NCBI GenBank assembly: GCA_965240325.2
Contig: OZ251227.1
Location: forward strand, 2,604,001 to 2,668,000
Direction: 5' to 3'
DNA length: 64,000 nt
DNA from: Rebecca billardiae RCC1528
Lineage: Eukaryota > Protista > Haptophyta
The position numbers and the translations under genes are program-made. Shown in pieces: positions 56,009 through 64,000 of the stretch. The notes under the pieces are model-generated. The model had not been told where the DNA came from. It saw only the letters and a program-made list of their open reading frames with translations, and made no database searches. Numbering within the stretch: the stretch's first letter is position 1; each line of letters begins with the position of its first letter.

Positions 56009-59000
56009 GTTGCGTTTCCAAACACACGTGTGGATGCCCCACTTTGGTGCCAGTGGGCGGAGGACTTTAAAAAACTAATTCTCGGTTTCGTCGGTTCTTT
56101 TTTTAGAACGATCTCCCCGAGATACTAGTCGTGCGTGCAAGCTGTGCACTTAGAGCCTCCGAGAGGCCTCTTGACGAGGTCGCCGCGCGCTCGCCGCTCG
56201 CCGCAGGAAGGTTGGACGCCGGACAGACCCGAGCCGCTCGGTGGCCAGCTCAAGGGGGCCCCGCTTGGTGAGCATCACCAAGGCGCCAGGAGGCCGGGCC
56301 GCGCCGGCGGAGCCGCGGCAGCGCAGTGATGGCGACCATCTTGTCATACAGAGCAGCGCCCTTTGTAAGCGGCTGCGGAGGTGCGTTCGTACCACCCCAG
56401 CCGGCGTCTCGGGCGTGACGCGCGTGCGTCAATGTCGCCGTGTAGCAGACATTCCGCTCCCCCGCGCCTGCGCGCACAGTGGCGGCTTGCACGTCGTCGT
56501 GCGGCGCGATGGTCAGAGGACGAAGTGCCTGCACACATTTGAACTGCCAGATGTGTCCGGTCCGTTGCCGTCATCAAGGACCAAGATGGATAAGCTCATT
56601 CTCGAGATGCGCGCCACCACAGCACGCTACGAGAGCGCTCCCCAAAGGAGGCTGCTGTGCGTATGCTCAGCCGAGCGGCCAGAGCGTGCTTGGCCTGACG
56701 GGCCGGTCTGCACCACTCCACCGCGCAGCGGTCATCAGCACTGTGAGTGGAAGGGCGCCACGCCGGGTATGATGGGTCTGGATCGGCGGCGCCTGCAGTG
56801 TGGGTGAGTGTAGCAGGTGCGTGGGCCGGTGCGTGCAGCAGCCCCTCCTGCCGCTCACACCTGTGCATGCACGCGCGTTCGTCGACCCGCCTGCCGCTCA
56901 GAATCCTTGCGCTTCGATTCGCCCGCCGATGCCTCGCCATCCCCGCTCCTCCCGAAGGGTTGTTTGGAGAGTTCCATCTTCCGCCCACTCCTCGAGTGAG
57001 CGGCGCACAGATTTAGTGGTGATCGTCGGAAGCGCCGCTGTCGACGAGCAGCTGCTTGCGCTTGCTGGCAGCAGCCTACAGCGCGATCCATGGCATATGC
57101 CCGCAGGCATCGGCCTCTGCAGAAACTGCGGGCCAGGTCCACTTGACGTACCAGCAGATGCTGTTGTCTCCGCACCGCCGGCGGCGGCGTGCCGCGTGGC
57201 CGGCCCCCGGGACTGCTCGAGGGCGAGGCCGAGGGGTGCACTCCGGGTGCAGGACGTCTCATGCTGCAGGTGACATCGACCGCCGGGCTGGCAGCACTCG
57301 TCTCGGTAGTAACTTAGCACGGCCATGACCGTATACGCACGCCACGTCTGCACGGTTACGGCCCCGCCGGACGGCTTAGGCCCGCTGAGGGGCCGCCCGA
57401 ATCGGGCGAATGGGGCCGAACGACTGCCGCCGGGGCCCGGGGCACCCTGTGACCCTGACGTCGTTGCGGCCGTTGCACACCGGAGCCAGGTATATTCGAT
57501 CACACGACTGATCTAGTCTCAGTTTATCACAGTGTCAGATGACACGGGACGATGACTCAGACCGCCGCGCGCGCCGGCCCGTTCACGACTCGCGCGCGGC
57601 CGCGGCCGAGGCGTCACTGAATGTCATTGATTCAGACTCAGCTACACAGGTCCGGCGGCGGCTGCTGAGCTAGTGCTGATCAGTGGTCAGTGGACGACCG
57701 TCAGTCCCATTCGGACCGTGACACGGCGACTTCAGATAACACGTCTATAGCTTATTAATAATTAATAACCAGACGCCCGCGCCGAGTACGACTCTCTACC
57801 GTACTCGGGCCGACGCCGGACACCGGATCCCCGTGTGCTACTGCCACCGTTCATCACTGCACGGACGGGCTGAGGGCCGAGGCCCGGTCACATCAATCAG
57901 TCCGGCCGGCGGCCGGCGGCCGCCCCGGCCGTCACGTCGGCGCGGTTACCGCCGCCGCGCGGTGCGGCCGGTGGCCCGTGTACGGTGTAGGCTGTGCCTG
58001 TAGCCTGGGCCCTGGCCGCGGCGACCGTCAGACTGCTGCGGCGCCGCACCGGCGCACCGCCGCCGCAGTCAGACTCAGCGTCAGCCGCGCGAGTCGGACC
58101 CGCGGACCGGACACGGGACAGTGGCACTGGCAGTGCCACTGGCACTCACGGCAGGCACGCGCGGGCACGGCGGCGTGACGGCTGGCGGCAACGCGCGCCG
58201 GGGGCGACTAGTCAGAACTACGCCGGTCCGCAGGCGTGGTCGGACCTGGCCGACTGCGGTCAGGACTGGCACGCCGGCCTCAGACTAGTCAGAGCGGACT
58301 GCTTCAGCCACTGCCCGCGAGCCTGCCACTTATTGCCAGCCCCCGCCGGCCGCCCGCGGCCACGGCCGGCTCCGCGCCGCCGCTCCCGCCGGCGCGCGTG
58401 CGGCCGCGGCGCGGAGCTGCTAAGCGGCCCCGGCCGGTCCACGGCTCGGGCGGGGGCCCGGCGCAGCGCGGGGAGTGAGCGGGCCTCGTCGTGTGTCATC
58501 GCGGTGACCGCCGGTGAAGGACTGTCAGTCACAGGTCATAAGCAGTGCGTGAATCATGGATGCCGGCCCGATCTGTCTCGGTGTGCTGGTGCAGCTCGGT
58601 CAACGCCGCCGACCCGCTCGCTCAGTCTGCCAGTCCGCTCCAACGGCGGCTCACCTGCGCGGGGCGATCGGGCGACGCGCTGATGCCGAACACGCTGAAG
58701 CTTGGGCCCTCGCTGGCCTTGGCGGAGGCGCTCTCCACCGCGACTACGAGGCCGCCAAGCGCCACCACGCCGCGGGTCACCAGCTCTCGGCTGCGCGCGC
58801 GCGGAGCGGCGCGCCAGGGTTGCGCCGCGCGCGCAGTCGCGTGAGCGTGTCGCGGCCGCACTGAGCGTGCGCAGGCTCGGAGCCGGGGCATGGCAGCTGC
58901 AGCGCGACGCCGTCTGGCCGAGCCGTGGCGTGCTGCGCCGGCACATAACCTCGGTCGCCCACCCACAGGGTGAGCAGGCCACGCGACGCAGCTCGCTGGC

Positions 59001-60178
59001 CGCGTGCTCCAGCTGTCCGAACAGCGGATGCGCCGCCGCTGCCGAGTGGCGCGCGCGCGCGGCAGCAGAGCGCAGGTGATGACGGCGCGACCGGCGAGCG
59101 CACTCACCGTGTTTTGGCTGCATCCGACAGTGCTTGCGGGCTGGCGATCTCGCTAGGCTCGGGAACAGCGTCGCAGCTCTGGGAGCACTGCGACGTGACT
59201 GACCGACCACGCCCGACGCCGCCGACCATGCATCAAGGCAGGCGTTGCTGCTCCCACGCCGGTAGAGTGAATAGCCCTCAGCGCCCAGAGGAGGCCGCAC
59301 GCGTACATGATCCGGCGTCTCGGCTAGTGGGCACCGGGGAAGGAGTCCTTGAGCGAGCGCGCCCACAACTGGGCCCGAGTGTGAGCCCAAGCACAGAGCA
59401 CGAGCGCAGTTCATCTCCGTACGCAAAGAGTGCCGGCCGGCCAGCAAGAGTGTACATTGAAGCTGATGGTGGCGTGGACGGAGAGCCCTCGACGCCTGCC
59501 ACGCAGCAGAGGTCAACGTCGATGAGCACTGTCACTCCTGTCGCGTCCCTACGCTCGCCAAGGGCCGGCTGTGTCACAGCACAGCGGCGCGACTTCACGG
59601 GGTGCGGCGCAGCGCGCGCCATCAGCCGACGCGCACTTCGTGATGAAGGTGACGTGGATCGGTGCGTGCAGTACAGCCGAGCTCGATCATTTGAAGGCCA
59701 ACGGCCACTCTCATCCCAGTTGCGTACCTCCCCGATCCCCTCTTGCCCCCCTTCCCAGCGTGCGCAAGGGTGGCGTCGACCTGGTCCCCGCCGCCCGCCC
59801 GACGAGCGCGTTTTTGCCAAGTTGGCAAAAAAAGTCCGGGTGCCCCCGTCGCGCTCCAACCTTCGTGCTCGATTGGTCATCAACGCGGCCCGCGCGTTTG
59901 AGGTTGGGCCTCTCATTCCTATTCATCAGCTGCGAGAAGACAAGTACTCACAATGAGGGGTTGCGCCGGGGTTTTTAAGTAGTCCTAATGACGAAATCTT
60001 CTGATGAGCTTCTGTTCTCAACTTTGTAATCTCAGAAGTGGGCCGAACTTTTTCGGGCTCACCAATCACAGGCCGGGATTCCTTTTTTGACAAAACTGAA
60101 AACTCGTTAAAATCGTCTTGAACATTTTTCCGCGTGTTCGCAAAGTGGGGCATCCACACGTGTGTTTGGAAACGCAAC
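56009..60178 (-). mobile_element. Degenerate pogo/Fot1-like (Tc1/mariner superfamily) DNA transposon, 4170 bp, perfect 38 bp TIRs
   Basis: GTTGCGTTTCCAAACACACGTGTGGATGCCCCACTTTG (56009-56046) is the exact reverse complement of 60141-60178. Left flank TA, right flank GA. Frameshifted DDE_1-like remnants at ~59950-59400 (-): SNARAA...RTFFANLAK...VRNWDESG...HVTFITKCASADG...LRPRHHQLQ. Confidence 0.75.
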
Positions 60179-60278
60179 GACCACTGGTCCATGACTCATG
60201 AGTGACTGGTCCAGTAAAAAATAAATAATACCACGATCCGTCACTCGTCGGCCGTCGCTCGACCGGTCCATACCGCTA

Positions 60279-60413
<135 letters not shown>

Positions 60414-61248
60414 TATATTGCGCGCAGCCGATTATGGCGCACGGCCCCCCCGAAAGGTCTGAGCGTGAGCGAAAGCCGGGGGGGGCGGCGCACGTGCTCC
60501 GCAAAATCAAAAAAGAGGATGCGCGCAGGATTTGGGGGATTTTTGTCGTAGGTGGATTTAGGTGTGAAATCCGCATTTGACTCGATATCGCTGCTCATGA
60601 TTGCGTTTGTACTGCTCCTTAATCCTTGGATAGTAAGTAATAGAAGAAATCGAACTCGAATAGGACAAAGGCGTCTGCATCTTTCTGATAATTATGGTGG
60701 GCCGTTCGTGATTCTCCTGCTGATATACACTTTTGGTTTGCTGATTCCAATTCAAAGAGTAAAGTATCGTCTCCTATTATCCTTCTCCTCTGAAGAGAAC
60801 CACACTTCAGCAAAAACAACGTTTCAGTATCAACGTATTATGGCACGACGTTCGTCACTTCGCGGCTCGTTTGTCTATTGGTACCCGCGAAATGAACCCT
60901 GCCAGATCTTCGCCTAATCAAAAACGCCTAGGCACGCGTTTTCGCACCGTTTCGCCGTACCATTTATGAGATTAACTTATAATTATACAAACTTACAAAA
61001 ACGGCGGTTCGCTTCGACCAGAATATATGCGCCCGTGCTGGCGTGGCCGACTAAGTGATATGACCAAATGAGGGAATCTTACCCGTAAGCACAGCAACGA
61101 CTTCTTTTTTAAAGCGGCCGTTAGCGTGTCCAGCGGCCAGATTAATTTTCGAAAAATTACTATGCGCTGCGCGCGCGCCCCTAGGGGGCGGCGCGCGCGC
61201 GCGGCTGGTCCCCCCTGCATGCCCGCACCGTCAGCTGCCTGATTGCCG

Positions 61249-64000
61249 CTACCCAGCCCCGCTACCGTCGCGCGCGACATCCGCGCCGTAAATCACCGTC
61301 ACCGAGCGGTCCGGCGAGCGCGCCGCCATCAATTTGCTCCTGAGTGCCGAAAACTCCTTCTCCGGAAGCCCAGCCTCCTCGCGCAGGAGCTTGCGCGCCG
61401 TCATGCACTCCGCGATCAGGTCGATCGCGTCGGTCTCCGCCCTGCGCTGCCATTCGCGCTGCCGCTTGGCGTACTTCTTCAGCCAGAGCCGCCGCACCTT
61501 GTCGCCGAACTCCTCTGCCCACGTCGCAAGCGACACGCGGCGCACGAGCTGCGCGACCGTCGAGATGTGCGGCTCCGCCGTCGACTTCTTCCCCTCGGCG
61601 TACTCGCGGACGAATGAGTCGAGTGACTTGCGCGCGTGCACGAGCGGCATCGCACGCTTGGTCACCTGCACGAAATGCCCCTGCACCTGCTCGTCCGCGA
61701 GCTGCACGAGGCGCCCCCGCCGCCTGAGGCGAGACGCCGTCTGCGCCCGCCTCCGTGACCGCCCAGACGTTGAAGCGGAGCGGTGGGACGTTGTGCGAGC
61801 CCTGGCCGGCGAGGCTGGCGAGGCTGACGTAAGCGCCGGTGCACGCCACGATGGCCTTCTGCTCCTCCGCGTAGTCGGCCGCCTCGGCGCCGCCGCCAAA
61901 ACCGCCGCCGGCCGCGCTGCCGCCTGCCGAGGCAGTGCTGCCACCGAGGCCGCGCTGCTGCGCGCCGCCGCCGGCCGCGCCGCCGCCGGCCGCGCCGCCA
62001 CCAGCCGCACCACCACCCGCACTGTCAGCCGCGCGGCTGGCCGCGCCACATGCCGCGCCACCGGCCACGCGGACGCCAGCACCGGCTGTGCCGCTAGCCA
62101 CGCCGCTGCCACTGCCGGCCGCGCCGCCCACGCCGCCGCCCGCGCCCGCGCCCGCGCCCACGTTGCCAGCCGCGCCCCCGGCCGCGCCCCCGGCCGCGCC
62201 GCCGGCCGCGCCACCGGCCGCGCGGACGCCAGCGCCAGCGGTGCCGCCAGCCACGCAGCTGCCGCTGCTGCTGCCACCAGTGCTGCTGCTGCCGCCCGCA
62301 CCGGCCGCGCCGCCGCCGGCCGCGCCACCGCCGGCCGCGCCGCCGCCGGCCGCGCCGCCGCCGGCCGCGCGATCGCGAGCGCTGTCAGCCGCGCCGCTGT
62401 CCGCGCCGCCGGCAGCACCTCCGGCCGCGCCTCCAGCCGCGCGGACGCCAACGCCAGCTGTGCCGCCAGCCACGCCACTGCAGCTGCCGCCCGCGCCGCC
62501 CGCGCCGCCGCCAGCACCCGCGCCCGCGTTGCCAGCCGCGCCGCCGGCCGCGTCCGGCCGCGTCGCCGGGCGCACCGCCGCCTGGCGCGCAGTTGTCGGG
62601 CGTGCCGCCGTCGGGCGCGCCGCCACCGGGCGCGCCATCGCCCGCGCTGTCAGCCGCGCCGCCGGCCACGCCGCAGGCCGCGCCACCGGCCGCGCGGACG
62701 CCAACGCCGGCTGTGCCGCCAGCCACGCCGCTGTCGCTGCAGCTGCCGCCGCCGCCGCTGCTGCCGGCCGCGCCGGCCGCGCGCGGCCGTGCCGCCGCCG
62801 GCCGCGCCGCCGCCGGCAGTGCCGCCGCCGGCCGCGCCACCGCCCGCGCTGTCAGCCGCGCCGCTGGCCGCGCCACCGGCCGCGCCACCGGCCGCACGGA
62901 CGCCAGCGCCGACTGTGCCGCCAGCCACGCCGCTGCCGCTGCCGCTCGCGCCGGCCGCGCCGCCGCCCGTGCCCGCGGACGCGCCCGCGTTGCCAGCCGC
63001 GCCGCCCGCCGCGCCGCCGGCCGCGCCGCCGACCACGCCACCGGCCGCGCGGACTCCAGCGCCGGCGGCACCGCCAGCTACGCCGCTACCGCTGCCGCTG
63101 CCGCTGCCGCCGCTGCCGCCGGCCGCGCCGCCGGCCGCGTCGCCGGCCGCGCCGCCTGCCGCGCCGCCAGCCGCGCCGCCCTGCCGCGCTGGCCACGTGC
63201 AGCGGCGGCAGCTGGCGGCGCCGGTCGCGGTGGGAGCCGGCCGCTCCGGATCACGTCATTGATCCCGTCGGCGTCCGCACTCCATAGCTCGGGCATGTCC
63301 GAGTCCGGCCGCTCCGAGATGGCGATCGCCTCCGACGACGCGAGCGCAACACCCTCATCGTTGCGCACGATGGCGATCGTGGCCGCGCGCGAGTGCGCTG
63401 CGTTTGGCCCGTGTCCGCCGAGAGGAGGAGGACATGCGGCTGCCCGCGCGGGCGCGCGGACTTGCCGTAGCGCTCCAAGCGGTCCAGCACGGCGCCCACG
63501 GCCTGCGCCCACGGCCGCGCCGCCGACTCGCTGCCGATCATCATCACGCCCGCGCCCGCGTGCTCGCGATTGCGCAGCGCGCTCTCACGTGAGCCAGCCA
63601 CCGGCGGCGGGATCGGGTGGCGCATGCCCAGGTTGAGCCACGTCGAGATCTCTCGGGCTGGCGCGAGCCCACGATGCGCAGTGTGCGGTCCTTCTCGCGC
63701 GCCTAGTGCACGACGCCCTCGTCGTCGAGCGAGTGAAGGCAGGCAAGCCCGAGCGCGTCTCACTGGAAGAGCAGCAGCTTGGCTACACGCAGCAGGTTGT
63801 TCTTCTTCCGCTCGGCCTTGATGGCGACGAGGCTGTTGACGCTGCGCTTGACCTCCGCCGGGTAGTTCTCGTTCGGCATGATCGAGTGGTCCACCTCGCT
63901 CCCCGCCTCGCGCGCGCTGACAGCTTGAGCATCTCGTGCGGCAGCGCCGCGGCCATGCGCAGCCGCGCAGATGCGGCAGAGACCTGGCGCCCGATGCGTT
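61249..64000 (-). pseudogene. Frameshifted gene (or TE-borne gene) with an internal Gly/Ala-rich tandem repeat; 5' end outside the window
   Basis: Protein-like segments in different frames: EVDHSIMPNENYPAEVKRSVNSLVAIKAERKKNNLL (~63900-63780, then a GTGAG donor at ~63763), REISTWLNLGMRHP..., TIAIVRNDEGVAL..., DYAEEQKAIVACTG..., LVQLADEQVQGHFVQVTKR...TAG. Several frame switches are not explained by clear introns. Confidence 0.5.
61900..63190 (-). repeat. Gly/Ala-coding tandem repeat (GSGSGVAGGTAGAGVRAAGGAAGGAADSAGGGAAGG...), 6 copies of variable length
   Basis: Anchor ggac(g/t)cca at 62071, 62224, 62443, 62696, 62898, 63051, built on 12-15 bp gccgccggccgc subrepeats. Confidence 0.8.

Noticed and set aside
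60552-60917. 121 aa hydrophobic ORF in the AT-rich block
   Set aside because: Non-ATG start, codon usage unlike the real genes, hydrophobicity expected from T-rich DNA, and no motif.

Overview
Very GC-rich eukaryotic nuclear DNA. GT-AG introns with GTGCGC/GTGAG donors and CGCAG-type acceptors, plus a nucleus-encoded plastid L12 with a bipartite signal+transit presequence, suggest an alga with a complex red plastid (inference: haptophyte, possibly Pavlovales). The left 34.6 kb is a single uninterrupted minus-strand ORF that the ORF track omits because it has no stop inside the window. It starts at ATG 34606 and runs off the left edge, giving at least 11,535 codons. It encodes a short acidic/coiled-coil head followed by roughly 360 (estimated) Sfi1-type centrin-binding repeats (A-x7-x-L-x3-F/W-x2-W). 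The repeats form a nested hierarchy: 33 aa and 29 aa monomers, a 62 aa dimer, a 124 aa tetramer, and a 437 aa (1311 bp) unit present about 7.5 times. This is a candidate scaffold for a micrometre-scale centrin/Ca2+ contractile fibre. The right half holds ordinary genes: an NAD-dependent epimerase, a SAARP/CARP-like membrane-anchored protein, an unknown multi-pass membrane protein, a sulfotransferase, a CPA1 Na+/H+ exchanger, a secreted Cys-rich FNR-like oxidoreductase, plastid rpl12 and a WD40 protein. Between them lie transposon remnants (a 1.3 kb TIR element with a 4 bp TSD, and a 4.2 kb pogo-like element with 38 bp TIRs), hairpins, mini/microsatellites and a frameshifted Gly/Ala-rich pseudogene.
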